From an uncultured Candidatus Saccharibacteria bacterium (GTDB lineage: Bacteria; Patescibacteriota; Saccharimonadia; Saccharimonadales; JAGQNJ01): DNA of 64,000 bases. Positions 48,238-56,310 of this stretch are shown in pieces. The stretch covers positions 16,222 to 80,221 of the forward strand of contig CAZEED010000003.1 in assembly GCA_964510945.1 (NCBI GenBank), read 5' to 3'. Both the position numbers and the translations under genes were made by a program. The notes below the pieces were generated by a model, which was not told where the DNA came from, searched no databases, and saw only the letters and a program-made list of their open reading frames with translations. The first letter of the stretch is position 1. Each line of letters begins with the position of its first letter.

Positions 48238-48903
48238 ATGAATTCTTTAGATAAAAACGAATATGGGGCGGTTAACTTTTTATTGATTGCTCTTATCTTT
48301 GTAATGTTGATGTTTTTTGGGGCGTTAGGCTTTGGGTATTGGGCTTATGCACAAAGAACAGATTATAAAGAAAATGTTGACGAAAAAGTAAATACCGCCG
48401 TAGAAGTTGCTAAGAAAGAAACGGCTACTGAGAAAGATAACGAATTTATTCAGCGAGAAAAACAGCCCCTAAAAGAGTATGCTGGTCCGGCATCTTTTGG
48501 AAGCATCTCACTTAAATATCCCAAAACATGGAGTGCTTTTGTAGATGAGGAGGGGTCAAGTGCCCCGATTGATGGTTACTTTCATCCAAATTTCGTGCCA
48601 AATATCAAAGGGGATACTACATTTGCTCTGAGATTAGAGGTTACTAACTCAACTTATGCAGAAGAAATTAAACAATTTGATTCATCAGTAAAAAATGGTC
48701 AAGCAAAAGCCAAACCTTATAAACCTGTTAATGCGGATAATATTATAGGTACACGAATTACGGGTAAAATAAGTTCTGATAAAACCGGAGTAATGATTTT
48801 GTTGCCACTTCGAGATAAAACCATAAAGATTTGGACGGAATCTGATCAATTTGTTCCTGATTTTGAAAATAATATTTTGAAAAACTTAAAATTCTCACCA
48901 TAG
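48238..48903 (+). CDS. Membrane-anchored extracytoplasmic protein of unknown function
   Basis: 221 aa with a single N-terminal TM segment and no recognisable domain. Confidence 0.55.
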   Translation: MNSLDKNEYGAVNFLLIALIFVMLMFFGALGFGYWAYAQRTDYKENVDEKVNTAVEVAKKETATEKDNEFIQREKQPLKEYAGPASFGSISLKYPKTWSAFVDEEGSSAPIDGYFHPNFVPNIKGDTTFALRLEVTNSTYAEEIKQFDSSVKNGQAKAKPYKPVNADNIIGTRITGKISSDKTGVMILLPLRDKTIKIWTESDQFVPDFENNILKNLKFSP

Positions 48904-48975
48904 ATAATCACAGCGCATAGACTTGAGCGCGTGATATACTTTTCTTAGGCATTAAGAGAGGGAGAGTATACAGGC

Positions 48976-49683
48976 GTGAGCACCAATCGAATTCAAGTGG
49001 ACCCAAATATTCGACTTCTATATGCGCTTGTTGAAGAGTTAAAAATGCCATTTATGCAGGTGGCACGAAGTGCAGAATTTGGTCGATTAATGAACGACCG
49101 TGATCAGTATCGACGGATTGAGATTACCGCAGAAGCTGCAATTAAGTTGCTTGATAGCTATGTGCTGAGCTCGCAAACCCTAATAAATCAACTACCGCTC
49201 GAGTTAAATTCTATATCCTTAACGTCGACAATGTATGATAGTGCTCAAAATCTAAGTCGACTAACAAAACTTTACAATACCGAAATCAATATTCAGGTTG
49301 AAGGTAAGTGTGGGCTTGTCATGGCCAACAAAAATGCTCTAGAAGCGGCACTTACTAGCTTGGCCTATACATTTATTAGCGCTAATGATTTTTCGACTAA
49401 AAAGTTAGTGACGTTTTTTGCCCAAAAAGACCATGGGTTTGTTAGGGCCGGAATATACAGCTCCAACAGTCAAATTAGCAAAAAAACTTTAGATAGTGCT
49501 AGAAAATTATACGGTACGGCTAGACAACCGGCATCAACTATTACACACAAGAGTGGGGCAGGACTTTATGTTGCTGATTCATTATTCTACGCAATGAATA
49601 GTGAGTTGCAATTTTCGCGTCACAATAAAAAATCTGGCCTAATTGCAAATCTTCTCCCTAGTGCTCAATTGTCTCTTCTATAG
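48976..49683 (+). CDS. Degenerate histidine-kinase-like protein (H-box His replaced by Glu)
   Basis: 235 aa and soluble. The DHp-like LVEELKMPF aligns with the SHELRTPL consensus (H to E). It has a G2-like SGAGLYVADS and no clear N or G1 boxes. GTG start after GAGGGAGAG. Confidence 0.55.
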   Translation: MSTNRIQVDPNIRLLYALVEELKMPFMQVARSAEFGRLMNDRDQYRRIEITAEAAIKLLDSYVLSSQTLINQLPLELNSISLTSTMYDSAQNLSRLTKLYNTEINIQVEGKCGLVMANKNALEAALTSLAYTFISANDFSTKKLVTFFAQKDHGFVRAGIYSSNSQISKKTLDSARKLYGTARQPASTITHKSGAGLYVADSLFYAMNSELQFSRHNKKSGLIANLLPSAQLSLL

Positions 49684-49692
49684 TACCGTTCT

Positions 49693-50112
49693 ATGTATTC
49701 GGACTATAATATCGATATGACAGATATCTTGTTGATCGAGCCGGACACAATTCTTGGGGCCATGTACAAAAAAACTTTGCAAAGGGCAGGCTATAGGGTA
49801 GGGCTTCAAACTAACGCGCAGACTGCAATTCACGCGTTAGACCGGGATATACCTAAGCTAATTATTTTAGAAATTCAGTTGGGCGAACATAATGGAATCG
49901 AATTTTTATACGAACTTCATTCGTACCCAGATTGGCAAAATATTCCGATTATTATAAATTCATTAATTCCGGCTGATGTATTGGGAATCAATTCTGATGT
50001 TGCTAAAGAACTCGGTATTGTAGAGATCCTATACAAACCAAAAGTTACTCTCGATATTTTGTTATCTAAGTCGTCAGATTATGTGAAGGTAGAAGATGCC
50101 AGCTCCAAATAG
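49693..50112 (+). CDS. Receiver-domain-like protein with Glu at the phospho-Asp position
   Basis: 139 aa. ILLIEPD...KLIILEIQLGEHNG...IIINSL...LYKP is collinear with the receiver consensus, but DD is replaced by EPD and the acceptor D by E. Confidence 0.6.
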   Translation: MYSDYNIDMTDILLIEPDTILGAMYKKTLQRAGYRVGLQTNAQTAIHALDRDIPKLIILEIQLGEHNGIEFLYELHSYPDWQNIPIIINSLIPADVLGINSDVAKELGIVEILYKPKVTLDILLSKSSDYVKVEDASSK

Positions 50113-50788
50113 CAAATCAACCAGTGGGATTGTACTGAAGAGAATTAATTTCGGCGAGGCTGATCGGATTTTGACAATAATTACACCAGATTACGGCAAG
50201 CTGACATTAATCGCAAAAGGTGTTCGTAAAGAAAAGAGTAAATTGGCAGGTGGTATTGAACTGTTTAGTGTTAGTAGTATTAGTTTTATCCCAGCAAAAA
50301 AGGAGATTGGGACGCTAACTTCATCCAGACTCGTAACGCATTACGGCGAGATAGTAAAAGATATTAACAGGACAAATACAGCATATACAGTTCTAACTAC
50401 AATTGATTCGGTAACGCAAGAAAACTGTGATATTGATTACTATAATTTGTTACTCCGTTCGATATCGGCATTAGATAATCTTGAATATGATTTGAGCTTA
50501 GTGGAGGCATGGTTTTATATGAATCTGATAAAGATAATGGGTCACGAACCGAATCTGACAACAGATAGGGAGGGCTATAGTCTGGCAGAAGCTAGTAATT
50601 ATGCTTTTGATCAAGAGGATATGTGTTTTGTGCGCAAAGTTGATGGTTCGTATTCTAGTCGACATATAAAGCTACTGCGCTTGCTGGTAGACGAGAGTAT
50701 TGAGCGCATTAATGTGGTGGGTGGAGTTCAGGCTGAGGTTGGTGTTTGCTTGCAACTATTGCAACATATTATGCAAACCGTTAGTTAA
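50096..50788 (+). CDS. recO: DNA repair protein RecO
   Basis: 230 aa with GIVLKRINFGEADRILTIITPDYGKLTLIAKGVRK, a typical RecO OB-fold N-terminus. It overlaps the upstream ORF by 17 nt. Confidence 0.9.
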   Translation: MPAPNSKSTSGIVLKRINFGEADRILTIITPDYGKLTLIAKGVRKEKSKLAGGIELFSVSSISFIPAKKEIGTLTSSRLVTHYGEIVKDINRTNTAYTVLTTIDSVTQENCDIDYYNLLLRSISALDNLEYDLSLVEAWFYMNLIKIMGHEPNLTTDREGYSLAEASNYAFDQEDMCFVRKVDGSYSSRHIKLLRLLVDESIERINVVGGVQAEVGVCLQLLQHIMQTVS

Positions 50789-50813
50789 TACATCTGATAC
50801 AATAGATGATAAT

Positions 50814-52190
50814 ATGAGCAATAAAGTTAGTCTAGAAGATATTGTTAGTTTGTGTAAACGCCGGGGGTTTGTTTATCCTGGAAGCGAGATATATGGTGGT
50901 GAAGCGGGATTATATGACTATGGTCCTTACGGCGTTGAACTACTGAATAATCTCAAATCTGCTTGGTGGCGAGCTAACGTAACAACTCGTACAGATTTTG
51001 TTGGTTTGGATTCAGCTATCTTTAAAAATCCGAAGGTTTGGGAAGCATCTGGTCACACAACGGGATTCTCGGATCCATTAGCAGAGTGTAAGAATTGTCA
51101 TAATCGAATTCGTGTTGATAAAGAGCTTGAAGCAGTGGGCGTTACTGCTGACGAAAAAATGTCTGAGCAAGAATTAAATAAACTGTTCGACGAAAATCGC
51201 AAAGAGATTAAATGTCCTAAGTGCGGAAAGAAGAATTTTTCATCAGTTAAAGCTTTCAATCTTTTAGTAAAATCAAATTTGGGCGATTTTGCTGGCGAAG
51301 AAGAAAGGGTAGTATACCTTCCAGGTGAGGCATGCCAAGGGATTTATCTCAATTTTAAAAACGTGGTCGATACGACCCGCATGAAAGTCCCTTTTGGTAT
51401 TGCTCAAATAGGTAAGGCCTTTCGGAACGAAATTAGTCCACGCAACTTTCTATTCAGAACTCGCGAACTGGAGCAAGCCGACACGCAATATTTTATCAAA
51501 CCAAACGAAAATAAAGTCGTTTACGAACAGGTTAAAAAGAATCGTTGGAAGTGGTATCAGGATATAGGTATCAAAGAGGATAACTTACGTTGGAAAAAGC
51601 ATGATAACTTGGTCTTTTACTGTAAGGAAGCTTGGGATATTGAATACAATTTCCCGTCAATGGGCTTTGACGAGTTGGAAGGAATACATGACAGAACTGA
51701 TTACGATCTGAGCCAGCACACCAAGTTTTCTGGAACAGACTTAAGTTATCAAGACCCATCTTCTAACGAAAAATATATACCTTGGGTTGTCGAAACATCA
51801 GTTGGTCTAGGACGAATGTTCTTGGCAGTGGTATGCGATGCATACGAGCAAGAAGAAATAGATGGCGAAATACGCACTGTCTTAAAACTGCACAAATCTC
51901 TCGCTCCAGTCAAAGTTGCGGTCTTTCCGTTATTAAAAAACAAGCCCGAATTAGTCAAAAAGGCTAAAGCAGTTTTTGAAACTCTTAACCAAACCATGAC
52001 TTGTGAGTTTGATGATAATGGGAATATTGGAAAACGCTATCGTCGGCAGGACGAAATCGGAACGCCGTATTGTGTAACAATTGATTTTGAAACGTTAGAC
52101 GATGACACCGTTACGGTGCGGGATCGTGACACGACAAAACAAGAGCGAGTCAAGATTGATGAACTCGAGGGCAAGCTAAAGCTTGCATGA
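50814..52190 (+). CDS. glyQS: Glycine--tRNA ligase (dimeric GlyQS type)
   Basis: MSNKVSLEDIVSLCKRRGFVYPGSEIYGG is a typical N-terminus. It has a Zn-ribbon-like insertion CKNC...CPKC. The ORF-track start 50700 overlaps recO and is rejected. Confidence 0.95.
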   Translation: MSNKVSLEDIVSLCKRRGFVYPGSEIYGGEAGLYDYGPYGVELLNNLKSAWWRANVTTRTDFVGLDSAIFKNPKVWEASGHTTGFSDPLAECKNCHNRIRVDKELEAVGVTADEKMSEQELNKLFDENRKEIKCPKCGKKNFSSVKAFNLLVKSNLGDFAGEEERVVYLPGEACQGIYLNFKNVVDTTRMKVPFGIAQIGKAFRNEISPRNFLFRTRELEQADTQYFIKPNENKVVYEQVKKNRWKWYQDIGIKEDNLRWKKHDNLVFYCKEAWDIEYNFPSMGFDELEGIHDRTDYDLSQHTKFSGTDLSYQDPSSNEKYIPWVVETSVGLGRMFLAVVCDAYEQEEIDGEIRTVLKLHKSLAPVKVAVFPLLKNKPELVKKAKAVFETLNQTMTCEFDDNGNIGKRYRRQDEIGTPYCVTIDFETLDDDTVTVRDRDTTKQERVKIDELEGKLKLA

Positions 52191-52262
52191 GTCTCATACT
52201 TTTGACCGCCAAAACGGGGTCCCCAAAAAACCTGTTTTTAGGGGTGTAGAAGTATGCAAAAG

Positions 52263-52392
52263 CTCGGGCTTAACGTTTTTTCTTGATAGACTCACTAGTC
52301 AAGACAAACAACAGGCTGTGGAGCTCCCTACGGTCAAACAGTCCTCGCCTGATAGTTGTTTGTTTGACGTGAGTCATCAGGAAAAAGCCGAG
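52263..52392. other. About 130-nt rod-like imperfect palindrome (candidate structured RNA or MITE-like element)
   Basis: The arms CTCGGGCTT..TTTTTCTTGATAGACTCAC..GTCAAGACAAACAACAGGC and GCCT..GTTGTTTGTTTGAC.GTGAGTCATCAGGAAAAAGCCGAG pair over about 40 bp, with a few bulges and a 30-nt apex. Confidence 0.5.
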
Positions 52393-52527
52393 GCCCAACA
52401 AAACTGCACGGTAAGGGAAATTATTTTTATGATTGGGATGGTAAGGATGAAGTTAGGTTCGTGATTGACATAAAACTGCTGTAAAAATAATTTGCTAAAC
52501 TATATTTTTTCAACTTACTGATACAAT

Positions 52528-53076
52528 ATGAGAGACATGAGAGAGATTGAGGTTAAGGCACGCATAAGAGATCTAGAGAAACTAGAGAAAGTATTAGTCG
52601 AGAAGGGGATAACACTTGGCGAGAAACTAACACAACATGATGTTGTGTATGGAGAGCCTGGCAATAAAGATAATGAGTCTGGGGCAAATTGGCTAAGAAT
52701 CAGGACTGAAAATAACAAGAAGGTCTACTTTACCTTAAAAAGATCTGTTGTAGGACACTTAGATAGTATCGAGCACGAAACGATTGTTGATGACGCTAAA
52801 GAATTAGAAGAGATCATTAAGCTGTTGGGATATGAATTATATTCAGATATTACAAAGATACGTCGGAAGGCAAAGATTGGAGAGATAGAGATTTGCATTG
52901 ATAGCGTGCCGAGCTTAGGTGATTTTATCGAAGCTGAATTGATGATGGATCATCAAAGTGATCACGATATTGTGGCCGCCGAGTTATGGAAATTATTAGA
53001 ATCGTTTGGGCTTAATAGGGTAGATGAGGTGCATGAAGGATATGATGTATTAGAGCGAAAACAACGCGGATTATAA
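52528..53076 (+). CDS. CYTH-domain protein (class IV adenylate cyclase / triphosphatase family)
   Basis: 182 aa with the N-terminal ExExK signature EIEVKARI. Size and pattern match CyaB/ThTPase-like proteins. Confidence 0.85.
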   Translation: MRDMREIEVKARIRDLEKLEKVLVEKGITLGEKLTQHDVVYGEPGNKDNESGANWLRIRTENNKKVYFTLKRSVVGHLDSIEHETIVDDAKELEEIIKLLGYELYSDITKIRRKAKIGEIEICIDSVPSLGDFIEAELMMDHQSDHDIVAAELWKLLESFGLNRVDEVHEGYDVLERKQRGL

Positions 53077-53146
53077 AAATAGGGTAGACTGAAATAAAAA
53101 AAAGTAGTATAATATGTGTAATAGTTATTAAATTGTGAGGAGTTTT

Positions 53147-53518
53147 ATGAATAAAATTGTTCAGAAAATTAGTGCATTTGTGATGGTAGCAATATCAATA
53201 GTTAGTGTTGGGGCAGTAATGGTACCAGCAGCATCAGCGAAGGCAAAACCAGTATCTTGGAACTATTCTTTATGTTTAAGTAGACAGCCAATGTTAAGCA
53301 TGACAACCAACTCAACTCATCCTTGTGTTAGTATCTTGCAGAGAAAACTAAATAATGTTTATCATGTTGAACCGCGACTAGTTGTTAACGGTGTTTTTGG
53401 ACAGCAAACTAAGAAAGCTGTGAAGAAATTCCAAACACTAAAAAGCATAACTGTTGACGGTATCGTAGGCCCGCAAACTTGGAATGCTTTACTTGCAGAC
53501 TATAATCCTGGCGACTAA
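53147..53518 (+). CDS. Secreted protein with peptidoglycan-binding (PG_binding_1) domain
   Basis: Signal peptide ...VPAASA. It carries VNGVFGQQTKKAVKKFQ...VDGIVGPQTWNALL. ATG after GAGGAG. Confidence 0.8.
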   Translation: MNKIVQKISAFVMVAISIVSVGAVMVPAASAKAKPVSWNYSLCLSRQPMLSMTTNSTHPCVSILQRKLNNVYHVEPRLVVNGVFGQQTKKAVKKFQTLKSITVDGIVGPQTWNALLADYNPGD

Positions 53519-53519
53519 A

Positions 53520-53969
53520 TTAAAAATAGCTGAAAAATTTTGTTGGGTGTTCGCCTAGGTCATGAAATGACTCAGTGGTTAAAAATTTTGGCAAAACGAA
53601 GTTCTTACTGGGGTCGATAAACGCAAATTCTGCAACTTCAGCCATACCATGGCTAGTATTGCCTAGATCTATGTTCAAGTAGTCTTTGCCGTTAATGATA
53701 TGGAAGAAAAATTCCATTTGTTCTTTATGCTCGAATTGCTTGTCGAAAAATTGTTGCACGTATAGAAGGTTGCCAATCTCCGGCTTAACACCTGTTTCTT
53801 CGATCATCTCTCGTTCTAACGCCTCTAATAACGGCTCTCCCACGTCGACACCACCTCCAGGTACGCACCAGTATTTTGTGATATCATCTCCGTGCTTTGA
53901 CCTCAGTTTGAAGCATAGTAATTTTCCGTCAACAACAATAATGCCGCGTACAGCTACTCTTCTTTTCAT
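53520..53969 (-). CDS. NUDIX hydrolase
   Basis: 149 aa with Nudix box GGGVDVGEPLLEALEREMIEETG. Confidence 0.92.
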   Translation of the reverse strand: MKRRVAVRGIIVVDGKLLCFKLRSKHGDDITKYWCVPGGGVDVGEPLLEALEREMIEETGVKPEIGNLLYVQQFFDKQFEHKEQMEFFFHIINGKDYLNIDLGNTSHGMAEVAEFAFIDPSKNFVLPKFLTTESFHDLGEHPTKFFSYF

Positions 53970-54032
53970 TTATTAATAATAACATTTGTTGGTGCGCAGA
54001 ATTACACAAGTCAGCTATACTTATATGACGAT

Positions 54033-55553
54033 ATGGATCAAGCGTTAGCATTAGAGATTATGGAAGAGGGCGAGAGTGTTCTATTGACTGGACCGGCGGG
54101 TTCGGGTAAAACCTATGTGTTGAATGAATTTATTCGACGCGCCAAAAAAATGCACAAGACTGTAGCGGTCACAGCAACGACCGGCCTCGCCGCAACTCAT
54201 CTTGGTGGTAATACGATTCATTCTTGGAGCGGGATAGGGGTTCTGGAGGAATTGCCAAAACAATTTTTGGCAGGTCTGACAAAATCAAAAATTGATAATT
54301 TAACAAAAACTGACATTCTAATAATTGACGAGATCTCTATGCTACATGATTATCGACTGGATATGATTGATACTTTGCTACGCGGGGCAAGAAAAAATGA
54401 CATACCCTTCGGCGGAGTTCAAGTAATTTTGTGTGGAGATTTTTTTCAACTACCACCAGTTAATCTGCGAGATGCTAGGGATGGGTCATTTGTAGTGAAC
54501 TCCTCGTCATGGCGAGATCTAGGACCGGTAATTTGTTACTTAGACGAACAACACCGACAAGATGATAAGTTATTTTTAGATATTTTAAACGCAATTCGAG
54601 GTAATGATATTCGCAGGCGTCATGTCACGGCTCTCCAGGACAGGAAGAACAAACTGCTTGAGTCATCTGATGTCGTAACTGAACTCCACACGACAAATGT
54701 TGACGTAGATAGTTTAAATGCTCAGCAACTTTCTGGACTAAAGGGTAGTGAGCATACCTATAATATGCAGTCGACGGGGAAGGAATATTATAAAGACTCT
54801 CTTAAACGATCGTGCCTAGCACAAGAAAGACTAGTTCTAAAAAAAGGTGCGTTGGTGATTTGCATCAAAAATAATGCCGAGAAAAAATTCGTCAACGGAT
54901 CACTTGGTGAAGTTATTGGGTTTGACAAAACTACTGATTATCCCATCGTGAAGCTGAATAACGGCAAGAAGGTTACTATATTGCCAGACACATGGGAACT
55001 ACGGGATGGCGATAAAAAGCGGGCTTCACTTACTCAGCTACCACTACGATTGGCATGGGCTATTACGGTCCACAAAAGTCAAGGAATGACGTTAGACGCT
55101 GCTAGGATTAATTTAGAGAAAGCATTCGTTGAGGGAATGGGTTACGTTGCGTTATCACGAGTCCGTAGCCTAGATACGCTCAGTCTGCTAGGGTTAAACG
55201 CCATGGCGCTTCGGGTTAGTCCTGAGGCCTTAGAAATTGATCAGCAATTACGATCTCAATCAGATAAAGCAAGCAAAAAATTTGAAAAACTTCGGGAAAG
55301 GGCAAAGACAAGGAAACCCGAAATTGAAACAAAAGGTCAGGGCTCAACGTGGAGTGAAAAGCTATTAAAAATGCGACAAAAATACCCAAATGCCTATAAG
55401 CCCTGGAAAAAAACAGATGATCAAGAATTGAAAGAATGGTTTAAACAAGGTAAAGGCATTGAGGAATTGTCTGAAAGGTTTGGTCGGCATCCGGGCTCGA
55501 TAAAGAGTCGACTAGAAAAACATTTCGGCGAAGACGTGAAAATCCCTAAGTAG
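54033..55553 (+). CDS. Pif1/RecD-like SF1 DNA helicase with C-terminal helix-turn-helix-like tail
   Basis: 506 aa with Walker A GPAGSGKT, IIDEISML, ILCGDFFQLPPV and ITVHKSQGMTLD. Confidence 0.88.
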   Translation: MDQALALEIMEEGESVLLTGPAGSGKTYVLNEFIRRAKKMHKTVAVTATTGLAATHLGGNTIHSWSGIGVLEELPKQFLAGLTKSKIDNLTKTDILIIDEISMLHDYRLDMIDTLLRGARKNDIPFGGVQVILCGDFFQLPPVNLRDARDGSFVVNSSSWRDLGPVICYLDEQHRQDDKLFLDILNAIRGNDIRRRHVTALQDRKNKLLESSDVVTELHTTNVDVDSLNAQQLSGLKGSEHTYNMQSTGKEYYKDSLKRSCLAQERLVLKKGALVICIKNNAEKKFVNGSLGEVIGFDKTTDYPIVKLNNGKKVTILPDTWELRDGDKKRASLTQLPLRLAWAITVHKSQGMTLDAARINLEKAFVEGMGYVALSRVRSLDTLSLLGLNAMALRVSPEALEIDQQLRSQSDKASKKFEKLRERAKTRKPEIETKGQGSTWSEKLLKMRQKYPNAYKPWKKTDDQELKEWFKQGKGIEELSERFGRHPGSIKSRLEKHFGEDVKIPK

Positions 55554-55610
55554 CTTAGGCGCGGGAATAATTCTGTTAATCAAGTCCAGAATGATAAAAT
55601 ATAAGTAAAT

Positions 55611-56213
55611 ATGGCAAAATTCTTATTTAGACGTCCGAAATCGACTGGCAATTTTGCTTTTATTGATAGTCAAAACCTTAACCTCGGCACTCAAAAAGCT
55701 GGTTTTAAATTAGACTGGCACAAATTTCGTGAGTTATTAAAAGATAAGTACGGCGTAACTAGGGCCTATCTTTTTATTGGATATATGCAAGAACACGAAG
55801 AAATGTACAAACAACTTCACGAACAAGGCTATCTAGTGGTGCTAAAGCCTACAATTACAATTAACATGACGCCAGAAGAAGTACAGTCACACAAGTTAAA
55901 TGAAGAGCACCTAGTTAAGGGCAATGTTGATGCTGAGTTGGTGCTGTATGCCATGAAAGAACTATCAAATTATAAAAAAGCCATAATTGTGTCTGGGGAT
56001 GGTGACTTCTACTGCTTAGCAGAATACCTTGAAAAGAAAGAAAGATTAGAATGCATCATGACCCCAAACTGGCAATATTCATCACTGTTAAAGCCTTACG
56101 AAAAATACATCACAAGAATAGATCAGATGCGCAGACAACTAGAGTATAAAAATTATTCGCGAAATTCCAAAAACAATAATAATCGTAACAACAAACAAAA
56201 ATCTCGTAGATAA
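55611..56213 (+). CDS. NYN/LabA-like (PIN-fold) domain protein with N/K-rich tail
   Basis: 200 aa with FIDSQNLNLG...GNVDAELV...VSGDGDFYCL, a typical NYN acidic-residue pattern. Confidence 0.75.
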   Translation: MAKFLFRRPKSTGNFAFIDSQNLNLGTQKAGFKLDWHKFRELLKDKYGVTRAYLFIGYMQEHEEMYKQLHEQGYLVVLKPTITINMTPEEVQSHKLNEEHLVKGNVDAELVLYAMKELSNYKKAIIVSGDGDFYCLAEYLEKKERLECIMTPNWQYSSLLKPYEKYITRIDQMRRQLEYKNYSRNSKNNNNRNNKQKSRR

Positions 56214-56310
56214 CACAAACTATAATACTACTTGCAAATATGTAAAGCTTATGCTAATATAGTATTGTTAAGTTATAAAATAGTAAAAAAACAAAAAAGG
56301 TTATAAGAAA

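Noticed and set aside
50700-50813. N-terminal extension of GlyRS (ORF-track start 50700).
   Set aside because: The extension overlaps recO by 89 nt and encodes a Cys/Trp-rich junk peptide. The conserved GlyRS N-terminus begins at the ATG at 50814.
52183-52464. 93-aa ORF overlapping the glyQS stop and spanning the rod-like palindrome.
   Set aside because: It has a TTG start inside glyQS, no RBS and no homology. Its frame is kept open by the palindromic sequence itself. I treat the region as non-coding.
52191-52527. Assignment of the post-glyQS gap as SRP RNA, RNase P RNA, tmRNA or 6S RNA.
   Set aside because: I searched both strands by eye. I looked for the SRP helix-8 pattern (AGG/GNAR/AGCA), the RNase P GGAAAGUCC and ACAGAA..CGGCUUA strands, and the tmRNA GGGG...UCCACCA ends. 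I also looked for a large central 6S bubble. Only weak partial resemblances appeared, such as CC-GUAG-GG then AGCU on the minus strand and AGGAAAAAGCCGAGG on the plus strand. This is not enough for a call, so the region is left as an unknown structured element.
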